Positions 46,865 through 59,307 of a stretch of DNA of 64,000 nucleotides are shown piece by piece. The translations under genes and the position numbers were made by a program. The notes below the pieces were generated by a model. It was not told the DNA's origin, made no database searches, and saw only the letters and a program-made list of their open reading frames with translations. Each line of letters opens with the position of its first letter. Positions within the stretch are counted from its first letter, which is position 1. The stretch is taken from NCBI GenBank assembly GCA_950097015.1, contig CATNEN010000005.1, positions 5,518,001 through 5,582,000 on the forward strand, read 5' to 3'. The stretch is from Macrostomum hystrix. Taxonomy: Eukaryota; Animalia; Platyhelminthes.

Positions 46865-49159
46865 TGAAATGGGTAGGGTCTTTTGCAAGCGCTGACCTGC
46901 ACTCATGAGAGAAGATTCTTAGGGCGGGCGACAGAGTCGACTTAAATGACCGCTTAGCTACACGCGAAATTTCGCGGAGAGAGAGAGAGATGAAGGGAGG
47001 TTCAGCGGATGCAGGGAGTGGTCCTATCGGCCTCAGGCTGGCCAGTCCCACTCGTCCCATAGGCCACAGGCGTGCCAGCCGTGCCTACCCCAAGCAGTGC
47101 TCGAAACCGGCTAAAAGTCTAGGTGAGGCGTCGGACTATCCGTAATCAGACAGGACAGGGCTAGAGAGCCTACTGTCGTCAGTAGCATGTAAGTAACTGA
47201 CTCCTAACCTTGGTAGCGGTGGTCGAATCGGCCCAGGCTCTTGTCACAGAAATGCGGAAAGGCTATTGGCAAAGCGGAAAATGATCTCAGGTAGCGCCAC
47301 CACCCAATGCGCCTACGTGCCACCGCAGGCATTTGGGAACTTGGGTCCCCGGAGTACACAGCTCCTAGTTTATCACGCAGATCTAGACAAGCCGAAAAAT
47401 AGGGCATTCTGCAACTTCCGTTTTAGACTGGGGTGAGAGCCCCAGAATGGATCGAGACACGCCTCAAAAAGGGGATTCCTGAATTCGCGCTACAGGGGTC
47501 TAGAAAGGTGATACTAAGAACTCGAATGAGAATCCATAGCCGGAATCCTACTCATGAAACATCGGGCACATTCTTTACATTAGACTGCAGCCTACACATT
47601 AAGTAACTAACAAATCCGAATCTGTGTGAGATGAGGAAAGCAGAGGCTGGAGAGATTAAGCAGAACACTGGCTGAGTGATTACGCAAGCGAAAAATTCTT
47701 AGATCATCACTCTCGCTCCCGTAGCCGCTGTCGCGAGAGGGGGATAGGGGAAAACTTCATTGACAAGGGAGTTCGACACGTACACCGTTGAACCCTCCCA
47801 AGAGGAAAAAGGAAAACCGGCTAAGAATTCTCCCAACCCTCAGGAAAGAGATGCACATGCTTACACTCCGCATTTTGCTCGCGAACCCCTAGCTCCTTAT
47901 TACTCTTATGCGCGCTTACAGTTGTCTTCCTGCCGCCGCCTTCAGCTCGGTATCACCAGGGCCCACCCCTAGGCGATTAGCCACTCATGATCGAGGGCTG
48001 TCTAGCGATAAAATAAAGGTGAAAGAGAGGCATAGTAAAAGGATTAAGTTGTTTTTAAACGTAGCCCAATAAGTTAATAGTGCTGTGAATCAATAGTTTA
48101 TTAGGCTGAAACAATTCCCTAGATCCCCTCCCACTAAATGCCGCCTGACTAAGAGTAAACTGTCCCTTGAGAGTGACAATAATAAGCCGCTGCGCGGATT
48201 ACTTATCTGGATCTCGCTTGGCCGCGTGCTGCAGTCCCGTTGTTCTCGGGGAGAAAGGATGGGGCAAAAACAGCAAGGCAGAGAAGGGAAGACTTCTGCG
48301 AGTTGGCAGGGGCCAACACACTGGGAGCTCAGTGGCTCAATTCAACGCTCACCTAAAAAGGTGGTTTGCGCTTAGGGGGATGGAGACAGGCAATGGGCCT
48401 GTGCTAGCTACGCGGAGCTCAAGGCTCAAGGGTCTAAGCCCTACGTGGGTCCGGAAAAGTGCTCTGGGTCCGGTGGGAGTCCGGCCCGGCAATGAGATAG
48501 GTCGAGGTCCGGGAAAAGGTTGTCCTAGGGGCAGCGCAGCGCGCTTTCTTAAATAGTCCTGCAGCACGCCAACCCCGACATCCATCAAAACAACCCACAT
48601 TCGCGCCAGCCTGTCAACGGGGAATCGAAGCGGCGATGGCCGCCCCGATTACCCAATGAACCGACGGCGGGAAACGACAGATGTTCTGCTCGAACAGCCG
48701 TCGGCAGTCGGCCAATGATTGTTACTCCGCCGGGACAATGGGAAGCGCAGGCGCCGACCTGCCTACAGTGACATTTACATGTATCTAAAGGAGGGAGGTT
48801 ATAAAGTCGAGCTGGGCTCGAATACTGTAAAGAAGTGGGGACATGAAGAATTAATGATCACTCATAATGCCCGAGTGATTCCGGATATCTGATCGCGGTT
48901 TGGAGGAGAATTATGACCTAAACTACTCATACAATAAAAGCTATGGCCGCGATCAGCCATTCCTACAGGGGTCTAGACAGATCCAGGGAAAAGGGATTCG
49001 ACGGCTACTTAATTCACCGCCGCCCCAAACCCGGCCCTAAGATTAATGACCTTGTTTGCGGCCAGCTGCTATGTGGGTCGCAATTATTAGACACTTAAAA
49101 ATGTGAAAAATTATGCTGGCTCACATTCCCACTCGATTCCCGCAGCACACTCCACATCA
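46865..49159 (-). mobile_element. Solo LTR, family X copy B (2295 bp)
   Basis: TG..CA ends, 4-bp TSD GCAC on both sides, collinear with copy A. Confidence 0.9.
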
Positions 49160-49404
49160 GCACAAAAAATTTCTGTGGTCGATACCCTAACTGCCATGTT
49201 ATGTTGCTACACTGTTGCTATTGTTGTTTTGTGTTGACCTCGAAAGGACCTCCAAAAATGGAGTCTTAAAGTCGTTGGGGATAGAAAAACATTGGAGTCT
49301 GGTAATTCTTTTTAATTTTGTATATACAGATTACAACATTTCAGTCTCAGCGAAAAACAACTGCGTTGGCACTTTGTATACTTTATTAACAATTAACTTC
49401 CATT

Positions 49405-50040
49405 TGAAATAGTTGGGTCTTTTGCAAGCCGATGACCGCCCTGGTGAAAGATGGGAGTGTGGAAAACGACGGTAGAGTCGGAAGTCGATCGCGCTGCTGC
49501 CGCGAGTTGTCGCGGAGAGGGATGAGACGAAGGGAGGGATGAAGGGGGAGTTGAAGGGAGAGATGAGGCGGCACAAAGGATGCAGGGAGTGGTCCTATTG
49601 GCCTCAGGCTGGCCAGTCCCACTCGTCCCATAGGCCACAGGCATGACTGCCGTGCCTACCCCTAGCAATGCTCGAAACCGGCTAAAAGTCTAAAGTGAGG
49701 TGTCGGACTATCCGTAATCAGACAGGACAGGGCTAGAGAGCCTACTGTCGTCAGTAGCATGTAAGTAACTGACTCCTAACCTTGGTAGCGGTGGTCGAAT
49801 CGGCCCAGGCTCTTGTCACAGAAATGCGGAAAGGCTATTGGCAAAGCGGAAAATGATCTCGGGTAGCGCCACCACCCAATGCGCCTACGTTGCCACCGCA
49901 GACATTTGGGAACTTGGGTCCCCGGAGTACACAGCTCCCAGTTCATCACCCAGATCTAGACAAGCCGAAAAATAGGGCATTCTGCAACTTCCGTTTTAGA
50001 CTGGGGTGAGAGCCCCAGAATGGATCGAGACACGCCTCAA
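49405..50040 (-). mobile_element. Family X LTR copy C, truncated (U5 side only)
   Basis: Starts TGAAAT, preceded by CCATT as in copy D; similarity ends at CACGCCTCAA. Confidence 0.85.
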
Positions 50041-52192
50041 AACGGTTCCGCGCATCGAGCTATGGGCCGCACTCCTGGCCAATCGGACTACGGCGCTCCT
50101 TCACGAAATGCTAGTCCCGCATCTGAACATCGTCGGTGTTACTCACTATATCGACTCTCAGATCGTCCTTCACTGGATCCAGAACGGTAAGAACCTTCGG
50201 CCATATGAAGAACGTCGAGTACAAGAGATTCGGAATTCGAACCTTACAACAGACCGTCGCTACGTCCACACTAAGGACAATCCTGCTGACTACTGCACTA
50301 AGCCGCTAGGTCTCTCTCAGCTCATCGGCTCAGACTTCTACAGAGGTCCTGCCTTCCTACAACAGCCCTACGAGAACTGGCCTTCCTGGAACCCGGCTCC
50401 ACAAGGCAACCAATCGGACAGTAGTACTCAATCAGAGAGCAAAGTCTGCAAGGCAACATCCTTGAACACCACGGCGACAGCTATTGGAGCAGGTGCTCCA
50501 TGGGTCATGGATCTCTACCGTTTCTCACGACTCCATTCCCTCCTTGGCCCGACGTCTTATGTCCTCCGGTTCGCGAAGCACAGCAGCAGCAAAGGCATTC
50601 CCGACGCTATCGAGCGAGAAATGGCTCTAATGCTATGGATCCAGCACGTTCAAGAAATTCACTTTGCTGATGTGTTTGCCGCACTAGCTAACGGAAAGCA
50701 CAAGTCGTGTAAGCTCATCCACCAGTTGGATCTATTCAGAGATGAAAGTGGATATCTACGGCTAGGTTCCCGGCTCACGAACGCCACGATTAGTGCAGAC
50801 TCAACTCATCCTCTGCTATTGCCGGCTGATCATCGCCTCACTAGTCTCATTATAATGTATATCCATCGTCAAGAAGAGCATGCATCAGCGGGTACTGTAC
50901 TTAGCCGTTTCCGTGAACGATTCTGGGTCGCCCGTGGACTTTTAACTGTCCGCAACGTTGTCCGAGGATGTTGGGAATGCCGTCTCTCTAAGGCAACAAC
51001 ACTTCCACGTCCATCACATGGCCAGCTTCCACCCGAACGCCTCGACTCGTCCCAACCTGCCTTTAATTCGATTCTCGTCGACCAGCTAGGACCGATCTAC
51101 ACATTCGATCCCAGAACACAGCTTACTCGAAAACGTTGGGCCCTACTCCTCTGCTGTGCGACCAGTCGAGCAGTTCATATCGAGCTCCTGCACGATTATT
51201 CAGCAGACGCCGTACTACATGCATTTGAACGCTTCTGGGCACGCCGAGGTCTAACTGAGGGCACCATTTTCCTTGATCAAGCCACTGCGTTCCAAGCCAC
51301 TGCAAAAGTCGTTGACACTCTTCTCTCTCCAGCCTTCCAGAGTAAGTTATACAGCGACCTCCAACCGTTCGCTGCAGTCAAAAAGCTCCACTTCAGGTTT
51401 GCCCCGGCTCGGTCACCGTGGCATCAAGGAGCCGTAGAACGTCTGGTGGCTATGGTCAAATCAAGTCTTCGCCCAGTTCTTTGGCACCGTCGCATCACCG
51501 ATGAGGAACTCACTACACTTCTCTGCAAGATAGAGGCGGTCATCAACAGTCGCCCATTGACGTCATTGAGCAGCGACCCGAAGGACCCACGTCCGATCAC
51601 GCCCGCGTGCCTTATCGCACCATCGTCTCGGCTTGATGTGCCTAGTGCGCCCGAAGGCAACATCTTGCCAACAGGTTCTACGACTGCAGACAGACTCCGA
51701 GCGGCTTACCGTCACCGGGAACAGATCGTCGACTCCTTTTGGCATCGCTGGCGACGCGAGTACATACAACATCTTCAAAACGTTCATCTGAGCAATCGTA
51801 CTCACTTTCCCGACCGCAGGGTTGAACCTCGAGTCGGTCAGTTCTACCTTCTCGCTGAGAACACACCACGTGGGTCATGGAAGACCTGTCGGGTCGTTAC
51901 CACACACCCAGACGCCAATGGTATCATACGCTATGTCACCGTGCGCACAAGCAGTGGTAACGAGTCCTGCCGAGCAGTAGCTCATCTCGTTCCTCTCGAG
52001 GTAGATCTCGACATCAACGGCGCCTCACCGAACGTGACAGCAGACACAGACTTCGATGCTACAGCACCGTTGGAAGCTCAAGACGCTGGGCCGACTCCGG
52101 ACTTAAGCATGCATCCAAGAACACCAGAAATGTCCACCCGGGCCAAGCGTGCGCAACGCCGGAACATTATACGCAGCGCCTTGCTGGACTGA
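50041..52192 (+). pseudogene. BEL/Pao pol 3' part (RNase H end, integrase, DUF5641-like tail), 5'-truncated but open
   Basis: TVPRIELWAALL, DSQIVLHWI, NPAD, H..H..C..C, ILVDQLGP, FLDQATAF, GAVERLV, INSRPLT, FWHRWRREY. Confidence 0.92.
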
Positions 52193-52368
52193 CTGACAGA
52201 GACTCAATTGACTAATGTGACTAAAGGACGTTCATGCATGCTTCTTTATCAGTTTACACTATTACCTATTTGCGTTATCAACCTACTACCCACCCTAATA
52301 CCCATTTGCGATCCCAATTCACACCTTCAACTTGCGTTTTTTTAGCTTGCACTTCCGGCGCCCCAGCT

Positions 52369-52672
52369 TGTCGGGTTCAGACTGAACCTCCATAAAACCG
52401 CCCTTATCGTTAGCCTAGCTTTCCTTCCCCAGTTGATGCGCACGCTTCTAAAAATAGCAACACCATTCTAGAATATTCTAGAATGCCTTGTTTAGCCCAG
52501 TACAGTAATGTCTAGGTTCAAAACCCCTAAATTATATTCAAGAGACAAATGCGCTATGCACTCACGATCCGTTCAATCGATTAATAATCTACAAATAAAC
52601 TCTGTTAATAACAATCAACTACAGCTTTCTACTTCAACTAACCTAACTTTGAAATTATTGTCACAAACGACA
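52369..52672 (+). repeat. Probable BEL 3' LTR (about 304 bp)
   Basis: TGT..ACA ends, internal AATAAA, follows pol; no second copy to confirm. Confidence 0.5.
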
Positions 52673-54575
52673 TTTACTGTTGGCATTTATATGTAGGTTT
52701 AATAAAAAGTTAATAATATAAATGTTATAATTTAATTTTGCTTAAGTAGACTAAATTAAGGTTGCATTCTTTGCTATGCTATTTTTTAGTTTAAGCTATA
52801 GTTTCTAGGTTTTTCAAGATCCGTCCTATTTTTTTAAGTTGAGTAAAATTGTATTACTTTTATTGTATTCTGTTTAGTTCAGTTCTATATTTTATAACAT
52901 TATTTCAGCTATCTGACTTTCAGGAACACTTTAATTTTGAAATGTCTTCTCGGCGTTGGGAATCACGCCAGTTGAACCAGTTCCTCTTAATCCAAAATGA
53001 AGATTCATCCCAAAGTGTTTATTCTGATGAGGCTTCTAATAATTCAATAACAAACTGGTCCAATAATATAAACCACAATCATCAAATTCAAGGTTCAAAC
53101 TCTATGCTGCAATCTGTATCAGGCCAAAATCCAGAGAAGCTTGAAACTGTTGACTGTGCTGATGAGCTTAGCAATAATTCTACTAAATCTAGTATTGCTT
53201 CTTGTTATGATGAATCTCTTTCAAGCAGCTCAAACTTTTCTTTTGAGCAATTGAATGAAGACTTGGCAATTCAAAAAGAACTTCAAGATTGGGCTACATC
53301 ATGTAACATTAAGTTGGAGGATTTGACTTCACTATTGAAGATTAAAAAAAACGTATTCCAAATTTGCCTGCTACTGGAAAAACATTACTTAAGTCTTCTT
53401 CAGAAGATAATTATCATTACAATTTTGTTGACATTCATCCAGGCAAATATTGTCATTTTGGAATTACCAATGGAATCAAGTTCATTTTCTCAACTATCAA
53501 AGGACAATCCAACTTTCAACTTACTCAAGAATTTACTCTGTCATTGAGCATTGATGGAGTACCTCTTTTTCAAAGTTCTGTTTCTGGACTATGGACTATT
53601 CTAGGTGCTATTAATGAAGTGCCAAACTCTGTCTTCATTATTGGACTTTATTATGGAAGCAACAAGCCTGACTCTTCAAATGAATTTTCGCAACAGCTTT
53701 GCCAAGAACTACTTCTTATTAGCAATGAGCCCCTCTGCGTTGATGGTTATAAGCTAAGCATAGCTTTGAAATGGATTATTTGTGATATGCCAGCTAAAAA
53801 AATTGGTAAAAATACAACTGGTGTAACTGGCTATTTTTCATGTGATCGCTGCAGCACTCGAGGGCAGTACAGTGAAGTATCTAAAAGCATTGTTTTTCCA
53901 GAAACAAATGCTTTAAGGCGAACTGATCAATCATTCCGTTCTCGAGATCAAGAAGAGCATCATCGAACAGGGCTTCCAAGCTCTGAATTTGAGTCTTTGC
54001 CAATCAACATGAATGATTCATTTAAAATGGATTCATGCATGTGCTTTACAAAGGTGTCTTATTAAAAGTCTTGTTGCTTCTTCACACTGGTCCATTCCAC
54101 CTGACTAATGCTTGTGAGACCGAATTAAGCTGTATTTTGAACCAAATTGGAAGGTATGTTCCTTCAGATTTTCAAAGAAAACCCAAGGCATTTAAGCATA
54201 TTCGGCTCTGGAAGGCAACAGAACTCAGATTTTTTACTATATATCTGATTCCACTTGTGTTGCCTCGCTTTATGCCTACAGTTTGATGGATTTGTTTTTG
54301 TGTTTGCATTTAATTGCAGTGCTGCTAAACAGTAAAAATGTTATCCATAACCAGGAATGCATCTTAGATAGGATATTATGTGACTTCTACTCTTGTGTCA
54401 ATGACCTTTTTGGATTCAGCTTCTTCAGTCCTGTTGTGCATGGTCTTCAGCACCTTGTAGAGGACTATAAAGCGCATGGGCCCATTGAACAGTTCTCTTC
54501 ATTCATCTTTGAAAATTTCAATCGCTATATCAAGAAAGCGGTTCGATCACCTCATTTGCCCTTGGAGCAAATCAG

Positions 54576-57500
54576 TGTAGTCTTCGTCTTGTGGTCGAAA
54601 ATATGCTCAACTGAGCGCTGCCCCGCGGGCGACAATATATATTTAATGGATCGATAATTGGGGTGGGGGTACGACAGGTGAGAGTTGAAAGTGCTGAGTG
54701 CGCGCACAAGACGTAAGAGGTATTGATTGGCTGGAGCAAGCTGACGCAATGCGGGGCGAAGTACAAGTACGCAAGTCTTACATCCTACCCAAAATGAAAT
54801 TAAAATAGGAGATTAACACGAGCAGGGTGGCCACAAAGACGAAATTTGAATAAGGTAAAACAGGCGCTCCCACCCCCCAACATGGAATAAAAGTGAGTAT
54901 TAAATTGTTGGTATGGAAAATGAATGACAAGTATTGTTCACGATGATGCGAAAGTAGTGATTAGAACGGCATATTGAGTACCGTTCTTTTGAGTACCGCA
55001 AAAGAGTCACAGTCGACTGATTTTACACGCGCGCGGCAGTGGGCACCTCGAGACGTTCGGCGGCGATGCACGGCCTCCCGCCATCCGTGGCTGCGCCAGG
55101 GGTGGCGCCGGTAGCAGCGCTGTAGGCGCCTCTGGTGGCGCTGCTGGCGCCGCTGCCGCTGGTGGCTCCATTGGTGGCGCTGACCCGCCTGGTGGCGGTG
55201 GCGTCGGTGGCTGGTCGATTGCGGGCAGGTGCTTGAGGTCCGCGATGTGACGCATGCAGGTCTGGCGCCCTCTGCTCAGCACCAGGGAGTCGCCCTTTAC
55301 CTCGTCGATGGTCCAGGGCTCCGGCTCGAACGGTGTCTTTGTCTTGGCCGCTGGTCTCCGCCTGCGTAGCACCGAGTCGCCAGATCTAATGTCGTGGCTT
55401 GCGGCCCTTCGGCGGTCGTCGGCGTACCGGGCCATCCGCTGCTTGGCCTCGTTGTCGCGGGCCCTGATGGACGCCAGGTTGCGCGGCTGCTGGCGTCGCT
55501 GTTGCACGCGGGGGATGACGTCCTGGACCTGCAGCTGGAACATGAGCTCGGCTGGCGTCGACCCCGTGCTCGAATGCGGGGTGTTGCGGTAGGCTTCTAG
55601 CCAGTCCTCCAGAGCCTCCCGCCAGTCTGTTGACTCGATGTTGGCGATCCTGACGGTCTTGTTGATTGATCGGTTGACGCGTTCCGTGACGCCGTTCGCC
55701 GCCGGGTGGTACGGTGTGACGAGACGCTGCTGGATGCCGTTGCTGCCGAGGTAGTCGCGGAACGCTTGCGAACTGAACGGCGGCCCGTTGTCGGACACGA
55801 GCTGGGTCGGCCTGCCGAACGTGGCGAAAAGTTTTCGCAGCTGCTTGGTGACGGCCTCAGCAGTCATGGACGACATGCTGATGACGATTGGGTACCGGGA
55901 GAAGTGGTCCACAATGACCAGCAGGTGCCGGTTTTGCACCGGTCCGGTGAAGTCTATGCCCAGAGTGTGCCAGGCATACGGCGGCAGCGGCGTGGCCTGC
56001 AGCGGAGCCGCCGGGACTGCCGCTCGATGGCTCGCTGCTTGGCACGGCAGACAGGTGTCGCACATGCGCCGCGCTTCTCCAACCATGCCTGGCCACCAGA
56101 CCTTCGCGGACAGTCTGGCCTGTGTCTTCTTGTCTCCCTGGTGTCCTTGGTGCGCTAGGCGCAGCACTGCCTGTCGTAGAGCCTCGGGGACGACAATCCG
56201 GTGTCCTCGTAGCAAGACCCCGTCGGTTGCGGACAGCTCCTGCTTCAGCGCATGCAGGGACCGCAGCGTTGCGTCTCGAAGGTCCCAGTCGCCACCGCGG
56301 AGGGCCGCGATGGCTGCCCGCAGCGCTTCGTCTCTTGCCGTCGCCTCCTTGATCTGCTGCAGCGAGAGTCCCTTCGGGGTGGCGGCTTCGGCGATGCTGT
56401 TAATGAAGTTAGTGTCCCTGGACTCACCGACTGCAGCGACTGCTGAGGGCCCGCTTGGTTGCCGGCTCAGGACATCGCTGGGGTTGGACAGGCCTGGCCT
56501 GTATGTTGTCTCGAACACCAGGTCCTGGATGCTCAGTGCCATTCTTTCGATCCTCGGAGGCGGCCGGGAATTTGGCTTGAAGAGGTGCACCAGCGGCTTG
56601 TGATCGGTGACGACTCGGAAGCCGGGTGAGCCGCTGAGGTAGTGGCGGAAGCGGAGGCAGCCGAATTTAACCGCGAGGGCCTCCCGCTCAGTCTGCGAGT
56701 AGCGCGCCTCTACGGCCGTCAGGGCGCGGCTGGCGTAGGCGATTGGTCTCAGGCTGCCGTCTGGTTGTTGCTGGCTAAGGATTGCCCCGAGGCCGGTCGG
56801 GCTGGCGTCCACGATCACTTCTGTCGGCTTCTGCTTGTCGAAGAACGCTAAAGTGCTGCTGGCAGCGATGTAGCTCTTGACGGCGTTGAAGGCAGCGTCT
56901 TCCGCCGCTCCCCAGGTCCAGGCGGCCTCCCTTCTGGTCAGGTTTCTGAGAGGCTTGGCAATGTCTGCGAGTGCTGGGATAAAGCGGCTGACAAAGGCAA
57001 CGAGGCCTAGTAATGATCTCACCTCGGACGCGTTCTTCGGTGCCCTAAACGACTGGACCGCGCTCACCTTGTCCTCAGTTGGCTGGATGCCCTTCTCAGA
57101 GAGGCGCATGGCGAGAAAAGTCGCCTCCCTGACCGCGAATCTGCACTTCGCCGGGTTGAGGGTGACGTTGTAGGACTCCAGCCGCTGCAGAGTTGCCGCC
57201 AGTTGCTGGTTGTGGTCCTTGATGTTTCTGGCGCAGATGATGATGTCATCGTGCACCCAGCGGACGCCGGACAGGCCGCCGAGCACGGTGGTCATGACCC
57301 TCTGCAGGATCTCCGACGCTGACGTGAAGCCCATGCACAGGCGCGTCAGTCGCATGAGGCCCTTTGGCGTGGAGAACGTCAGCAAGTGGCGCGATTCCTC
57401 CCGGACACGGATCTGATGGAAGGCATTGTTGATGTCGAGCTCCGAAAAGTAGCGCGCGCCTGCCATTTCGTCTGTGACCTCCTCGAATGTCGGGATGGGC

Positions 57501-59307
57501 TGCTTCTCGGGCACCACGAACTTGTTGACATCTCGCAGGTCCTGGGTGATGCGCACTTGGCCCGGCTGCGACTTCGGGACCACCACCATGCGGGCCACCC
57601 AGTCGGACGGTCCCTTCACTCGCTCGATGATGCCGGCCGCAAGCTGTTCGTCCAGCTCGCGCTGCGCTGCCTCCCGCAGGTGCACCGGGACTCGGCTGGG
57701 TGGGTGGCAGACAGGCACGGCTTCTTCGCGTAGGTGGATGCTGACCTCGACGTCCTTGACACAGCCGATGCCCTCGAAACGTTGGCCATGTGCCCAGAGG
57801 ATGTTGGCTAGGCGCTCCTGCTCTGGTAGCGTCCGGTCGTTCGCCTCGGCTGCTGCTGCCTCCAGGGCTGTGTTGAGAGACTTCGGCAGCTTGTTGGCTT
57901 CCGTCAGCTGGCAGACCGTCGGTTGGCTTGGCCCGATGCGCAGAATGCCGAGTCCCTCGCTGGTCTGGCGGCCGATGATCGTGGTGCCGCTTTCCTTCAC
58001 GATGATGTAGCTGATGCGGGCGCTGACGTCGTAGACGGTCGTTTGCAAGGTGGCCTTGCCCAATGTCGTCAGCGGCTTGCTGGAGCCGAACGGGAATACT
58101 TTTTTTTGGGACTCAACAAGCTGGGCCGCGCTGCCCTCGATGGCCTTGAAGGTCCTGACGTCTATGAGGTTGCAGGTCGCGCCGCTGTCAATAAACAGGT
58201 CTGTGGCACGACCGTTGATGTCGGCTTTCACGAGCGGCAGCCTCTTTCTCAGAGGGGAGAGGCTGAAGACCTCGCAGCTACTGTCACTGTCATCGGGTCC
58301 CTGCTGTTCGGGCTGCTGCTCCTCGGTGATGGTGTGCACCCTCCTCGAGCCGGACGGTTTGGACAGACAGGCCTTCGCTAGGTGCCCAACTTTGTTGCAG
58401 CTCCGGCAAGTCTTTCCGCGGGCCGCCTCGCAAGTTCTGTGTCCCGGCTCGCCGCAGCGGATGCATTTGCTGTTTCTGGGCTGCTCCAATCTCGCTGGCC
58501 TCTCGATTCGCCGAACCGCATTCACAGAGTCGGACTTGCGGGCTTCGATAGCCGCTGACTGGAGGTCCGCCGATTCGAAGGCTCTGGCCTGCTGCAGGGC
58601 GTCCTGGAGGCCGATGTTCGGTGTCTGCAGCAGCCTGCGGCGCAGCTGGTCTGATTGGCAGCCGGCAACGATCTGGTCCCTGATGATGGGGTCGCGCTGG
58701 GTCTCGAAATCGCAGCCCTCCGCTGCCTTGTACAGCAGCTGCACCCAAGCGTTGATGGACTCGCCCTGCTGTTGGGTGCAGAACCGGAACTCGTACCGCA
58801 CGAACACGGGGTTGTGCCTGCTGCTGAAGTGCCCTTTGAAGGCCTTTAGGAGATCGTCGAGTGACTCGCCTGGTGTGGTCAGCTCTGCGTAGGCTTCGTA
58901 AAGCTGTTTACCGCCGACGTATAGCAGAATTTCGCGTTGCTGTTGCGTGTTTGAAATGCCGCTAGCTGTCACAAAGCACTTGAACCGGCTGGCCCATTCT
59001 GCCCACCGCGCCGCGAGATTGTGTGGCTCTTTCTGTGTATCGAAAGGCTCCGGTGGGGGCAGGTGTAGGGGCACAGACATGACTGCTTGCGATGCCACTG
59101 TAGAGTCTTTGATTTGTGGTCGAAAATATGCTCAACTGAGCGCTGCCCCGCGGGCGACAATGTATATTTAATGGATCGATAATTGGGGTGGGGGTACGAC
59201 AGGTGAGAGTTGAAAGTGCTGAGTGCACGCACAAGACGTAAGAGGTATTGATTGGCTGGAGCAAGCTGACGCAATGCGGGGCGAAGAACAAGTACGCAAG
59301 TCTTACA
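54576..59307 (-). mobile_element. Full-length Ty3/Gypsy (Mag-like) LTR retrotransposon
   Basis: LTRs 54576-54782 and 59099-59307, 5-bp TSD ATCAG, PBS-like TGGCATCGC, PPT-like GGGTAGGA. Confidence 0.96.
55007..59080 (-). CDS. Single gag-pol ORF, 1357 aa from ATG 59080
   Basis: Two Cys/His knuckles, protease IDSGAT, RT LDINNAFHQ and VHDD, RNase H VDAS/EREALAV/TDHKPL, integrase HHCC + GIDF/SDNG/VTER. Confidence 0.96.
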   Translation of the reverse strand: MSVPLHLPPPEPFDTQKEPHNLAARWAEWASRFKCFVTASGISNTQQQREILLYVGGKQLYEAYAELTTPGESLDDLLKAFKGHFSSRHNPVFVRYEFRFCTQQQGESINAWVQLLYKAAEGCDFETQRDPIIRDQIVAGCQSDQLRRRLLQTPNIGLQDALQQARAFESADLQSAAIEARKSDSVNAVRRIERPARLEQPRNSKCIRCGEPGHRTCEAARGKTCRSCNKVGHLAKACLSKPSGSRRVHTITEEQQPEQQGPDDSDSSCEVFSLSPLRKRLPLVKADINGRATDLFIDSGATCNLIDVRTFKAIEGSAAQLVESQKKVFPFGSSKPLTTLGKATLQTTVYDVSARISYIIVKESGTTIIGRQTSEGLGILRIGPSQPTVCQLTEANKLPKSLNTALEAAAAEANDRTLPEQERLANILWAHGQRFEGIGCVKDVEVSIHLREEAVPVCHPPSRVPVHLREAAQRELDEQLAAGIIERVKGPSDWVARMVVVPKSQPGQVRITQDLRDVNKFVVPEKQPIPTFEEVTDEMAGARYFSELDINNAFHQIRVREESRHLLTFSTPKGLMRLTRLCMGFTSASEILQRVMTTVLGGLSGVRWVHDDIIICARNIKDHNQQLAATLQRLESYNVTLNPAKCRFAVREATFLAMRLSEKGIQPTEDKVSAVQSFRAPKNASEVRSLLGLVAFVSRFIPALADIAKPLRNLTRREAAWTWGAAEDAAFNAVKSYIAASSTLAFFDKQKPTEVIVDASPTGLGAILSQQQPDGSLRPIAYASRALTAVEARYSQTEREALAVKFGCLRFRHYLSGSPGFRVVTDHKPLVHLFKPNSRPPPRIERMALSIQDLVFETTYRPGLSNPSDVLSRQPSGPSAVAAVGESRDTNFINSIAEAATPKGLSLQQIKEATARDEALRAAIAALRGGDWDLRDATLRSLHALKQELSATDGVLLRGHRIVVPEALRQAVLRLAHQGHQGDKKTQARLSAKVWWPGMVGEARRMCDTCLPCQAASHRAAVPAAPLQATPLPPYAWHTLGIDFTGPVQNRHLLVIVDHFSRYPIVISMSSMTAEAVTKQLRKLFATFGRPTQLVSDNGPPFSSQAFRDYLGSNGIQQRLVTPYHPAANGVTERVNRSINKTVRIANIESTDWREALEDWLEAYRNTPHSSTGSTPAELMFQLQVQDVIPRVQQRRQQPRNLASIRARDNEAKQRMARYADDRRRAASHDIRSGDSVLRRRRPAAKTKTPFEPEPWTIDEVKGDSLVLSRGRQTCMRHIADLKHLPAIDQPPTPPPPGGSAPPMEPPAAAAPAAPPEAPTALLPAPPLAQPRMAGGRASPPNVSRCPLPRACKISRL

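Noticed and set aside
55254-58892. Many long plus-strand ORFs (up to 280 aa)
   Set aside because: Antisense shadows of the GC-rich gag-pol ORF; no recognisable domains
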